Shown piece by piece: positions 49,906-62,491 of a stretch of DNA of 64,000 nucleotides. How positions within the stretch are numbered: position 1 is the first letter of the stretch; every line of letters begins with the position of its first letter. The stretch is taken from the NCBI RefSeq assembly GCF_016433145.1, contig NC_058135.1:69556800-69620799 (forward strand). The letters are read 5' to 3'. A model generated the notes under the pieces. The model ran no database searches. It was not told the DNA's origin and saw only the letters and a program-made list of their open reading frames with translations. The position numbers were made by a program, and so were the translations under genes. This DNA is from Gracilinanus agilis (taxonomy: Eukaryota).

Positions 49906-50575
49906 TGGAAAGTAACTAGACTGGAGCTATGGTAAACTTGGTACTTCTCCAGGACACGAGGAATGAAATCGAAAATTCGAAATGTGAAGTGATGGTTACT
50001 AAAAACGATAACGACTCACCCGTGCCATTCTGTTTAAAGGATATAAATATGGGACATTCGTGTTCATTCTGGCATGGGCCATCGTACTCCAAATTATAGA
50101 AGTATTTCAGGCAAACTATAAGCAGGTAATTCCTTTGCTCCTTTACATACATCCTAGTGACTACTAACCCAAAACATCTGATAACTCCCTAAGACCCTGA
50201 GAGGATTACCCTTCTTGGATTGGCCTGTAGATTTGAGATGGACAAAGAGATATACCTTCAGGCTATGCCTTGATACCATCTGGTTGTATCTAAGGCATCC
50301 ATCTGTCCCCTAAATATGAGAGTCACCCCCTATGTCTTCAGAGCACACCACTCTAGAGTCACATCTTCACTGTTGTAAAGAGTATAAAGACCCCAGAGTT
50401 GATATCCTCTAAGAGGCAGCTTTCCACCTATGCTGTCTTCCTGGCCAGATTCAACATGAATTCTAAATGAATAAATTTCTCTTTTTATTTTTAAGCCAAG
50501 TTTCAGAGTCTTGCATTCTTGCAAAGGGTACCTTTCTCGAACTCAGGGGGTTCACCTCAAGTCCTCCCCCCAACA
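49906..50575 (+). mobile_element. Solo ERV LTR (4-bp TSD, ERV1-like)
   Basis: TG...CAACA termini with TSD ATCC at 49902-49905 and 50576-50579. TATAAA near 50393 and AATAAA near 50470. Homologous to the 51425 copy. The left boundary rests mainly on the 4-bp TSD. Confidence 0.8.
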
Positions 50576-50584
50576 ATCCTAGAT

Positions 50585-50700
50585 CAGGAGTTATTAACTT
50601 TTTTATAAAAATAAAATGGACTTCTTTGGCAGTTTGGTGAAGCCTACAGATTTTTTCCCTAGAAATATGGTTTTAAATAATCAAAGATAACGTGTTTTGT
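50585..50700 (+). mobile_element. hAT (Charlie-type) MITE fragment
   Basis: CAGGAGTTATTAAC...CTTTGGCAGTTTGGTGAAGCCTA, same family as 31062-31343. Confidence 0.65.
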
Positions 50701-51424
50701 TTTGTTTTGTTTTCTCATAGAAGTCATAAAGGTTTTGTAATCTGCATCGGAGATGAATGTGTAATCCATGTATTCTTGGGAGAAGACAGAAGCTCCCAAA
50801 GCACACATTTTTTTTTGTTGTAGTTGTTCATGGCTATCCAATCACTGGCTTGAAATCTGACCTATTCTGACTCTATTTGGCCAAGCATAGATCTGGGTAA
50901 ACAGATATAGCTGAGTATAAACCCTTATAAGAAGGCTGCTGCCACCAATGCTAAGTGACCCTATAACCTTCACAGCTACTCTTTCTAATATTATCACCTA
51001 ATTTACTCTTGTGCATTTCCTCTCTTGCTTCTCCTAAACCAGCCAGAGATAGAGACACTTGTAGCATCCACTCAGTGATGTTGCTAAGTGTGAAGAGGGC
51101 ATTTAGACATTTTGTATCATTACTCAAAAATATAAAAACCAATGAATTCCTGCTTCCCCTTTAAGTTTCTTTATAAATTTTTCTATTTACACTATAATTT
51201 CATTGATTTAGATGTTGAAAAGGCCAGTGAATCCATCTAGTCATAAATAATAATTTATAGAAGAGGAAGCTGAAGTGTGAAATACCTTTTTCAAGGTAGC
51301 AAGTTGTAAATCGTAGATAGAGGATGATACTAGTCCTTTTCAATGTCAATAACTTCTCATTCTCACCAGCTACTACCAATTATTCCTTCTGTAGTATGGA
51401 TTGAATAGGAGGAATAAGCTCAGG

Positions 51425-52070
51425 TGTTGTGGGGTGCAGAGGTGAACCCCTGGGGTTTGGGAAGGATACCTTTTGCAAGAATGCCAGACTCCAAAACTTA
51501 GCTTAAAAATAAAAGATAAATTCATTAATTTAGAAAGTAATGTTGCAAATGGCCAGGAGGATAGCAAGGTAGAACAGCAAGATAGAAAGCTGCTCCTTAG
51601 GAGGACAGCAGCATGGATGGAAAAGCTATCCCCCACAGAGGACATCAATTCTGGGGTTTTTATACTCTTTATAACAGTGAAGATGTGACACTAGAGTGGA
51701 AGCACTGAAGCAAAGAGTAGGGGAAGTTTGCGGAAGGCATGGAGATGGTTCTCATGATTTGGAGGACAGATGAATGAGATATGTCTTTGTCCATCTCAAA
51801 TCAATGGGACAATCAAAGGAGGGTAATCCTCAAGGTCGGATGTTTTGGGTTGGGAGTCACAAGGGTGTAAGGGAGAAAAGGAATTTCCCTGCTTAGTTTT
51901 GCCTGAGTTTGAGGGTACAATGCCTATGCCACAGAGAGTATGCCCTAAAGTTCCCTGGTTGCCTCCTAGAAAATACATGCTCAACTTCCCAAAGACTTGT
52001 TATTTCAGTAGGAAAATAGAAATCTGGGTGACCTGTTAGTTCCCCCTCTGCCCCCTCCACTCTCTCCATG
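51425..52070 (-). mobile_element. Solo ERV LTR related to 49906-50575, inverted; right boundary approximate
   Basis: Reverse complement shares GAGGATTACC, GATTTGAGATGGACAAAGA, CATTCTTGCAAA and GGGGTTCACCTC...CAACA. Confidence 0.85.
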
Positions 52071-54949
52071 ATAGAGGAGGATGCTACCTCAATTAAAAAG
52101 AAAATACTGAAGAAAAAGAGAGAGAAAGAGAGACAACTTCAGATTTGGTCTCTTCTTTCTTTCCTTCATTTAATTGAGATTTCCAAAGAGAGGGTTAAGG
52201 CTTTCCTTTCTTGACAGCTGGGGAAGCATGACTCAACCAAATGAACTAGTGCCCAGGACACTGCTTGCTTTTCTAATTTATCCTTCCTTTCCTTAATAGG
52301 TAAAGGAATGTCATTTTTTAAATGGCTATATTCAGGGTTAAATGGTAGGTTGTGAGTTCCAGGGATACTGGGTCTTTCCAATGGAACTAACTGATGGAAA
52401 GGGTTCTTTCTTCATCCAGTAAATGACCAGTATCAGGAGGATGTCAAAGTTATGCCCTGAATTGGCAAGAAACAGGGACTGAGAGTTGTCTGAACAGTAA
52501 AGAGCCAAGCAGAAACAAGGAACGCTTATTCTGTAGCCTTGAAAACTGATATATATTCAGATATGTATGAAGTCATTTGAAAAGGTCATAATTGTACTTA
52601 TGTTGCTGATTGCTCAAGTCTAGTGAATGGATACAATGATTTTAATGATTTTTAGTTTGAGGGAGACTAAATATGAGGCAACACCAAAGACACACATAAT
52701 CTCCCTTCCTTCCTCCAGGAGTTAGTGATAAAGACCCACAATGTGAAGAATCTGACCCCTGTTTAGTAACCCTCAGTACCAAATTTGCACGGGTTATCTA
52801 TCAGGGAGCCCAGAGTTGAAAAGAGTCTAAGGAAGAGAGTGGGTACAGAGCCCGGCTCTTGATCCTGACAGTGGTTCTTAAAGTTAGATCCATTTATAGG
52901 TTCCCGAAAGCTATATTGAAACAACCAAAATGTGATCAGGGTGGTTATTTATAAGAATGTAAGCTAGAGACAGGAACCTTGTTTAAAACATGGTCCTTAT
53001 AGCAACTAACAGTGAGTCATTTCAGCCATATCTAAGAATTTACATATAAATCTCTCTTCAACTGTAGTTTTATATTAGCTTTACAAATAAGTTCATATGC
53101 TTGTTAAAAAAATACCTCCTTTTGAAAAAGTAATTGTGAAAAGTAGGGCTACTGTGTAATTGCCAGGACTAGGAAGAGTGGGCACAGAGGTGTGTCATTA
53201 AAATGTAAATGTGACGGCTTTTTAAATGTTTAATGGAAGTCAAAAGAGGTTGCCTTTAACATGCAAATGTGTATTGTGAATCCTTGAATGCTGATATTGT
53301 AAAAAGAGATTATATCCAGTCTTGAAGGGCTGAAGAGGACCTTCGAAATCTGCCCCGTGGGTGGGCTGCCAGTTATCCTATCCTTGGTTGGGAAATATTG
53401 GAAGATAATTAAGATGGTGGTGTTGCTTGTAAAGGTTGATTGAGAAACTGAGGCTGGCTACTTGAAGACAGAAGAGAAAAAGAAAGAAAGGATCTGAGAC
53501 TGTGGATTAAAATGGGGCTATGGAAGGGGGAGTAGGGTAGAATCCAGTTCCTGAGTTCCTAGAGTAGGAACCAGTTATTCACCAGTCCAGCTGGTGAGCA
53601 GTGGCTATAAATTCAGTCAGTTTGACTAGAAGCCAAAAGCATTTGTGACATTCCTTTCACTTAAAAAGAATTGAAGTTTCAGAGAAAGCACTTTATGTAT
53701 GGGTGGAAGAAGAGGGGAGATGATGATTTCTACCTGGCACTTTGCCGTTATATAATAATAGTTTTCTCTGTGATGCCTCCTTAGTACTCAAAAATGTTTA
53801 GATTAACCATATGCATAGTAAACTAAAAATGATTATACCACTTTCTAACCATTTTTAAAGTAAAGAAATTACTGTCTAGTAAGAACAATGAAAATGAAAT
53901 GAATTGTAATTCCAAATATATGTTGTAATGTCACCATATGTGCGTGTGTGTTGAAGGGAACATGTTGGGAAAGCTTCAAAGTACAAGAATGGATTTGGTC
54001 ACTTAAGCTGATAAAATTCTATTTGTAAATATCTGCTTTGTTTATCCTAGTCCTAATTACAATTTTTCAGGTTTTCAGGGCTTTGGTCTTCCTTATCTGT
54101 CCCAGTATTGTCAGCTGATGAGTAGTGGGGGAGCAAGTATTTGAAACAGCAAAGCCTTGAATGATTTTTCTTTCTTCATGAGCCTCTAACTTTTCTTGAG
54201 GGCTTCCTATTTCCAAATTCCTGTTCTTTATTTGAAAGAGAGGAGGAAGAGGAGGGAAAAGAGAGGAGGAAACATTGAATAGGACAGTTTGCTGCCTTCA
54301 TGGAATTCTTAATGTGGTATAGCATATTTTGAAAAGAGCAGAATAATGGCTTCAGCAGCCTCCCACCCTACTAGATGAAGAAAACATCTAGGAAGCTGGA
54401 ATTCCCAGTCACTCCAATCAAAGTCAAGCCTGCTAGTCTAAGGGCCTCAAAGTGTCCCCTTAGCACTAGTGGGAAGTTTAAATATCAACCTGTTGGTAGT
54501 TCCTCAGTCATTCCATCCCTTAGCAGCAAGGATTAGCACCAGTCCCTAGTGGCTCCCTCTTCTTTCCCCCTAGTGCCTTGTCCTACTTGACCCAGAGAAG
54601 AACCCTTTAAAATTTCACCAAGACTTATTGGTTTAGGTGACTCCCCCTTAAAGTAGTTTAAATAGAGATGGCTAATCCCACCAGGTGTTAAATATCTCTT
54701 TTTGTCCCAGTGGTTTCTGCTCTTTGGCCAAACGGAGGTAGCCTAGCCCTTGACTGAGCTTTTTGGGTTTATAGTGCACAACTCTGAGAGGAGGTCCAAT
54801 TTAGCTCTTATCCATAATTAAAAAGTGTTTTTTTTTCCCTTACTATTTAATAGTTCTGTGTTTTTTTCCTGTTTAACACCTTTCAATGAATCTAGCTTGT
54901 AGTACTTTCTGCTGCCTCATTTTGTGGGATCATGAGCCTCATTGAAAGT

Positions 54950-55375
54950 ACATTAAGGCAAGTGATGAATTTGTATTAAGGAAACCTGGGTCCCAAACCT
55001 ACCTAGACCTGGAGTTAGGAGGTCCTGAATTCCAATTCAGTTTCCATCAGCTGTGTGAAACTGGGAAAAGCACTTAACTTCTTTGTTCCTCAGTTTCCCC
55101 AATGGTAAAATGGGAGAAATGATAGAAATTGCCTCCTAGAGTTGTTGTGAGATTCAAATGAGATATTATCTCTATAAAATGCTAAGCAGTGCTTGGCACT
55201 TAGCATTTCATAAATATTTCTTCCCATCCCTTTCCCTTAGGAATCTGGCAATTTATTTAACTTCTCTCAACTTCAGTTTCCTCATCTGGAAAATGGTGGC
55301 GACAAAACTTATATTATCTCTCTCACCAAACTGTTGTGAAAATAATGTTTTGTAAACCTTAAATTTATATATAAA
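54950..55375 (+). mobile_element. Tandem MIR/MAR-type SINEs
   Basis: Two CORE copies: CCTCAGTTTCCCCAATGGTAAAATGGG and CTTCAGTTTCCTCATCTGGAAAATGG. Confidence 0.75.
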
Positions 55376-55400
55376 TGTAAATTTTTATTAAAACTTTCTT

Positions 55401-55602
55401 TTTTTTTCTTTTTTTTTTAAATTTTTAAACCCTTAACTTCTGTGTATTGACTTATAGGTGGAAGAGTGATAAGGGTAGGCAATGGGGGTCAAGTGACTTG
55501 CCCAGGGTCACACAGCTGGGAAGTGTCTGAGGCTGGATTTGAACCTAGGACCTCCTGTCTCTAGGCCTGGCTCTCAATCCACTGAGCTACTCAGCTGCCC
55601 CC
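55401..55602 (-). mobile_element. SINE1_Mdo-type SINE
   Basis: Perfect TSD TAAAACTTTCTT at 55389-55400 and 55603-55614. Confidence 0.97.
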
Positions 55603-56304
55603 TAAAACTTTCTTGTCTTACCTCCTTTTGTTTCTCTATTATGCTTTTGGTAGCCTCATCCCATCCCCAATCCTATTCTCTATTTTCTTTTTTTTTTTAA
55701 TTGCTCTGAGTTTCTTTGCATACTAAAGGTATTACATATCATTGCTTCTTTTCCTAGGTCCTTGGAATCTGTCACTCAGACCTTATTCCTTCAGCAGAAC
55801 AGAACATGATTCAACAACTTGTAAACATTGTGAAGTCAAAGCCAGACATAGAATAAACAGAATTAAATCTAACACAACATGAATTAAACAACTTTATCCT
55901 GGATTTCTTTATAGGACAAACATGGGGTCCAAATATTAGATAGTTTTACTCTTCTAAAAGCCAGAAAAGAAAAGTAAAAATTTAAGCTAAACTAAGATTT
56001 GGGGGCTGGGAGTATGAAAAAACCTGGGATCAACAAGAATAAAAGAGAGTGATAGTGGGCAGTACCTGGAAGCTATTTAGTCCATGAAATGGAAACCAAG
56101 ATAACTGAACTGTATAATTTGTGATCCCAGATTCTCTCATGCAGTAATAAAATGTTGTGGTAGGCTTAACCAACTGTATGCTGGGCTCTAAAGGGAACAG
56201 AGTAAAAAAAAAATGAACTGCTGGCAAAAGAAGGAGCAGGAAAGAATAATTCTTTCCAGGGGTTCAGGAATTAGTTTAAAATATTGGAAAACTCCCCTCC
56301 TTTT

Positions 56305-56577
56305 TAGTAATAATAATAACTAGAATTTCTGATACCTACCATGTGTCAGGTACTGGGCTAAGCTCCTTGCAAATATCTCATTTTATCCTTATAACAACCC
56401 TGGGAGGTAGATCCTATTATGATTCTAATTTTACAATTCAAGAAATTTAGGCAATTAGAAATTAATGATTTCCAAAGGGTCATAAGGCTTGTGAATGATT
56501 GAGAGCAAATTTGAACTCAAGTTTTCTTGCCAGACTCTAGGGTCAGCACTCTACCCACTGAACCACCTAGCTGCCTT
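56305..56577 (-). mobile_element. MAR/MIR-type SINE
   Basis: CCTACCATGTGTCAGGTACTGGGCTAAG...AACAACCCTGGGAGGTAG...CCACCTAGCTGCC. Confidence 0.8.
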
Positions 56578-56801
56578 TTTCTCTTTTTATCATGAGTGGT
56601 CATAGGCAAAAGGGGGAGAGAGAGGTAGATGATAGATAAATAGATAGACAGATAGACAGACAGAAAGACTCTGTACTTATCTACTGAGACACCTAAATGT
56701 CACTCTTGACCATGACTACTCAGGATATTAAAACAAAAAAAAGGCAGTTATGTGGCTCCATGGATAGAGAATTTGGTCCAGTCACATAACACTAAGCTAG
56801 A

Positions 56802-56802
<1 letters not shown>

Positions 56803-56832
<30 letters not shown>

Positions 56833-56850
56833 TGTATGTATGTATGTATG
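56803..56850. repeat. (TATG)12 microsatellite
   Basis: Direct reading of the sequence. Confidence 0.97.
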
Positions 56851-58369
56851 TGGATAAATATAGGAATTTAGGCAGAGAAAGAAAATCTAGGAATTTTTCT
56901 GGCACAATGGTTGAGGTATCCATCAAGGGCATCCATGGATAAGTTTACCTGTATAAACCCAGTCTCTGTTAATATGCTACTCTGTTTAGACACCCTTGAC
57001 TTTGCTTGATTGTCCCTGCTGAGAACTAGGTGACTCACTTGATGTTCTTTCCCTAGATGGTAGTTTTCTGAATGACACTCTGCTAGATACTACTTGACTA
57101 GATCTTCAGCAAACGCATGGCTGTGAAGTTTCTCTGGTTCTAGTTTCTGGCATCAGCTAAAGTTCTTTTGTATAATGCTATCTCTTATTCAGAAAAGAGT
57201 AGTCTTTGCTCTGGAGGTTGGATCGGGAGGAAGGGTGTTAGGTCCTTTTTCCTTTATAGAGCACCTTGTTCATTGCTTTTCAGTGTTCTGGGCTGGAAGA
57301 TTTTTCATCTCCAGCAGATGCTTTCCCCAAGGCTCCAAGTTCATTCAGACACAGATAAGGATCTTCTTACTGGCTCACTTCATCTTTTCTTTTTACTGAA
57401 CTTCTTGGTATTTGCCTTGGCTCTTCATGGGGCATTTCACTCTAGCTTATGGCGATCATTTTGTATACCTCAAACAACTCTTCAACACATCTTTCAGTCT
57501 AGATTACATGTAACCGTCAACCACAATTGAGTTTACTCAACCAATAACTATCAAATAATATTGGTGTTTGGGTTGCCCAGTTTACCCAACTCAAACCTCT
57601 TCCCACCTCTGATTTAGCTAAATTGGTAGTGGGGGAAGTAGAAAGACAAAGTAAGTATTGGGTTCCAATTCATTGTTTCTCTCACCTGCTTAGCTACTTC
57701 CTGGTCTTTCCCATGAAGCTTTGAGCTCAACTTGAAATCTACAAAATATTTTTGTACAAAAAATTTTGGAGGAAGACCATATATTTAATCCGAAAATAGT
57801 ATATTGTCAATGTTGTCTTTTATTTGGGTAGATATAGAACTTAAAAAAAAAACAAAACAAAAAACAAAAAGGGAACCAAAAAACACTTGTTGATTGATGG
57901 ATTGTTTGTTAAGGAGACAGGACAGAACGATCATTCCAAAATGATACCCAAGATTTCTTTTCAATCAGAGATTATAATGATTACAAAGTGATAGCTTCTA
58001 ATCCAATTAGGTGGTAAAAAGAAAATGACCAATCAGTTGGTAAAATACAGAATATCCCTAGAAATTAAAGCCTAAAAATTTTAGTGAATCTACCTCTATT
58101 TGGATGTCTCAGAATGGGGGGAAAACAAGTGTTAGAAGTAAATGCCTACTGTGACTTCTTTTCTATCTTTAGACCTATTTTTACAAATAGAAGAACATCA
58201 TTAGTACTAGTGTCTTTAAAATTTTTGCTTAGGTTTAACAATAAATATAATAGAAAGTAATCAAAAGTCATGCTGTGAACAGATTAATTTGGGAGGTTAT
58301 CTGGGGAGGTCTGGGCCCATGATTCTATCAGTGCTGGATAACTCCTCTTTGCCAAATGCAGAGCAGGAA

Positions 58370-58650
58370 CTTCCGTGGGATCATAGATTTAAAGCTAGAA
58401 AGGATCTTAAAGGTTATCAAGTTCAGCCCCTGCATTTTATAGATAAGGAAACTGAGGCTAACAGAGGTGAAGCGACTTGTCCAGGGTGACAGATTCAATG
58501 AATATATAATGTAGAATATGATTCCAGATCTACCTGACTCTATGTCCCATGTGACCTTGGCTATATTTTTAGACATCATCACTCAGCCAGTATGGGTCAG
58601 AGGCAGGATTTGAACTTAGGGCTTCCTGAACTCTTAAGGTCAGTCCTCTA
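58370..58650 (-). mobile_element. MIR-type SINE(s)
   Basis: GGATCATAGATTTAAAGCTAGAAAGG...TTTTATAGATAAGGAAACTGAGGCT. Confidence 0.8.
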
Positions 58651-60419
58651 TCCAGAAGGATAAATACAAATTAGATCTGAAATCTTTATCAATGAATTCA
58701 GAAGAAATGTATGACAGAGAGATATAGAATCTTAAGCAATGGATGCCAAGTGTAGCTATAATCAGACGTTGCCCAATTGATAGTACAGTGACATTTTGTC
58801 TACTTGTACACAGAGAAAGAAATGCTTAACTTCTCCAATGCTGAAACAAATTGTTCACTGTTGGGTATCAAACAGCTTGGCAACCAGGAAATATCCTGCA
58901 AGCACTTTCATTTCATCTGGTGCCAAGTAACTGAGCTAAAAAAAAGTTTCAAAATGACTAAAAATGAGTTTCATCCACAGCCATGAGTTTCAAGCAGCAG
59001 CTTCCTTGCTTTCTTGGCTTACATTTTAAAAGCTGATTTTTAGTTTGAATTTGCATGGTAAATGGAATGACTGCACATCGCCTGACAACATAATAAAACA
59101 TTTTCCATATTGGACTTTTAAAACAATATCTTTCAGGGGCTAGCATCTCAAACAAACAAAACACCTTGCACACAAAGGCAAACCACACTCATTCCAAGAA
59201 GATGGCGAGCCTGTCTAAAGCCATTCCAGGAAAGAATAATGTAAGAACATACTCCCCTCCTGAAGTGAACATTCAAATTCCCAATACTGACACAATGCTA
59301 TTTTCATACCTGGCCCTCATTCTTGATCCTAGCAGCTTTTAAAATCCGTTTCATAGAAGTAACAAAAATTGAACAAGGTACAGACATTTCTCACTTCCCC
59401 TACCCCAGGTTATATAGCTGGTATTATATAGATGAGGTAATAAGATAGGGACAATCCATTTTTACTGCCAACCCAAGCCATAAATTGTTACTGCCCTGGG
59501 GCTTGCAGAAATCTTTAGCAGACATCCTCCATTTCACCTTCATTGTTAGCTTTTCACTATATAATCATTATTCCTAGGTAGGATCAGGCTTGCACACTGG
59601 CAGAATAAGCAATCTCCTCTGTGTGATGATATGAGAAGCCCAGGAAAGCCTATCTGTCCCAAAATATGTCTCCTGCCCACGTTCCATCATGCTGTTATTT
59701 CCTACCTGCTATTCTCTCTCTCCTTTTGCCTTAATCCTTCTGAACCCATTTTCATCCTCACAGTGATGCCCAACCTTTCCCTCAGTCCACTCTCAGTCCA
59801 TTACCATTGATTTGTCTTTTTCTTTTTCTTTCTTTCCAAAATGCGGACATATGACTTTCTAATTCAGTTTATACCCACAAATCCCAGCCCCCTTATCTTG
59901 GTACTACTTTTTGTCTTGCCAAACTCTAACCCTGAATTACCTTTATTATGACACATTAAGTATTTACTCAACTTTGGGCATAGTCGTAAGTGTTGGGAAT
60001 ATTAGTATAGTCAGGAAGACCATCCTTCTTCTCAAGGAATTTGTGTTCTAATGAGGGAAGACAACACACAAAAAAATAGCTTAGAGTATGAGTATGTGGA
60101 GAGAGAGTGTGAAGGTATTCTTGTGGAAGCATGGTAGACAATGTTCTTTAGAGATAGTGCAGCATGGAGAAAAATTAGAACATGGCTCTATGGGGCCTCC
60201 TGCTTAAATGAGAGGTTCTAGAACAAATGAGGCAATCAAAACAGGGAGGCCACAGAGACAGGGGATATTTCTAATGAGAGAAGTAATCCAGAAGTATGGT
60301 GAATTTCCAGTTTGAAAAGGTTTTTATGGCATGGTGGAGAAAGTTCTGTGGAGATAGTCACGAGTAGTCTGGAGAGGAATATACCTATTCCTTCTTCTAC
60401 TCAGAAACTGAAGAAAGTT

Positions 60420-61625
60420 ACACAATACTACAAATAGAATCCAATAGAAATTTATATCATTTCATTCTTCCTTAATAGATGATCGATCCAAAATTTATCT
60501 TCTTTTCTCAAGAGACTCAACAGACATGTCTCTCTTTCTTTGAGTTAAAGACATTTCCTCATACTTTATTGAGAAAATAGAAGCCTTTTACTTTTGCTTC
60601 CTATTGTTCCTCTTCCTTTTATCTCAAAAGCTCATGATAATATGCCCCCTACTTTCTCCTCCCTCTTGTAGCTTCTCTATCTTTATCTTCAAATCCCAAC
60701 ACCTCTTTTCTCCTTCTTCTGATAGGCTGTCTCCTCTTTATTTTAAATTTATTTTTCTCTCATTTTCAGTCTTGGTTTCTATTTTTTGCTCTTTTTATAC
60801 TCTCATTTCCAGTGATCTCATCACCTCCAAAGCACTGAATTTGTATCTTATATCAAAGCCACCATATCCAAATCAGAATTCATTATAATTATCCCAAACC
60901 TATATTGTGAATTTCTCAATTTCTGCTGAGGGAATCCTTACTTCTAGTCTTGCAGGTTCATTAAGGACATTATCAATTCTCTCTCATTCATTCCTCTTAT
61001 GTAATCAATATTTAGTTGTCAACTCTTTGAATTCTACTCTGACAGTGTCTCTAGGCTTTGCCCCTTTCTCTTCATTCAAATGGCCACCATTTTAGTTCAG
61101 TTCTTCCTCAATTCTCATTTTAATAATTCCAAATATTCTCCTAATTGGTCTCCCTCCAGCCAATCTGTCCTCTCTTCCATCCCTACTCCATATAAGTTCC
61201 AAAGAGATATTATTACAGTACAGTTCAGACCTCTTGCTTTAGATCAAGTACAAAATTCTTTGTTTGGCATTTAAGGCTCTTCATCATCTGATTCCATACA
61301 GCATTTCCAGACTCACTTTAACATTCCTCCCCTTCATTTCCTCTATGTGTATGACCCATCCTATGTCTGCTCCATTTACACAGAATTGTATTTCCCATCT
61401 CTCTGCCTTTGTACAGACTGTGCTTCCTGCCTGAAATGTTTTCAACCTTTGCTTCTTAGAATCTCTACCAACATTCAAAGCTCAACTCAAGTGCCAACTT
61501 CCAGAAAAGACCATTCCAAATTCCCCTACCGGTTAGCTCTCCCAACAAGTTACTTTGAGGGCATCTCAGTGCCTGGAACCTAATGTATACTTGGTATCTC
61601 CACTCTATTTCCAGCAAAATATGAA
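60420..61625 (+). mobile_element. Long degenerate L2 3' portion
   Basis: Pyrimidine-rich. GGCCACCATTTTAGTTCAG...CTCCTAATTGGTCTCCC...TTTGGCATTTAAGGCTCTTCA...AAAGCTCAACTCAAGTGCC are L2 motifs. Confidence 0.8.
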
Positions 61626-62491
61626 TATTCCTGTGACAGGGAAGTAAATGAAGTTACAACAACTTTGTCGGAATGTGTCTATCAGATCTATTTCTTCCAT
61701 GCTAAGAAGGAACCAGGGCAACATGAGAATGACTCATTTGTACTTTGATGGGAGATGGGAAGACACCGAAAAACCTTTCAGAACGCAAGGTTAGAGGATA
61801 CTAAAAATAGACTGTCTACCTCACAGTTGTGCGAGAACTAGCTGTATATTCCAAAGTAAATGACAAGTGTAGCTAGCTTCTGCCCCTATCTTTATTTCCC
61901 ACTCATACCCTCTATTAAAAGATATAAGGAAAAGAAAACTTTGGTTGTAGATCAACAAGTCATCCATTTTATTTGGGGATATGTATCAAATATTCAGCAA
62001 TTAATGCTAAGGCAGTATCATTTACCACAGATTTTTAAAAATAATTTCAGAATAGTTCATCCATTTAATCAATTCTTTTTTTATATAGTACTTATATAAA
62101 TTATATACAAATTGTATATGTCATATATATAAATACTTGCTTACACAAGTGTGTGTTAATGTTTATAGAAATAGCCACATATATATGGATATATATACTC
62201 ATATACATATATATTTAAGTATGTTCAGATACTCATGAGTATATAAGCTTTATGCATATATCAATTCATAAAATAATATGAGGTTGAGAGGGGTGATAAT
62301 GAAAGGAGGGACATTAATTTTATTATTTATATTAAATTTATTAATATAAATATTATTAATATAAATAATTAATATAAAATTATTATAATTGATTATTGTC
62401 AATTATATTGATAGTAATATAAACATTACTATACCCACACACGTGCTTTGTCAGGATGCCAGTCAGAAAATCATGCGGTTAAAGGGCCCAC

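Noticed and set aside
50020-50125. Overlapping exon-like segments on both strands (YKYGTFVFILAWAIVLQIIEVF on +, CLKYFYNLEYDGPCQNEHECP on -)
   Set aside because: Much of the sequence aligns to the inverted LTR copy near 51900-51950, so it is LTR sequence rather than a host exon.
52218-52299. Plus-strand segment with strong acceptor and GTAAAG donor
   Set aside because: All three frames contain stops and there is no supporting context.
57470-57495. ERCVEEL peptide shared with periphilin (PPHLN1)
   Set aside because: Only a seven-residue match, and the flanking sequence and position do not agree.
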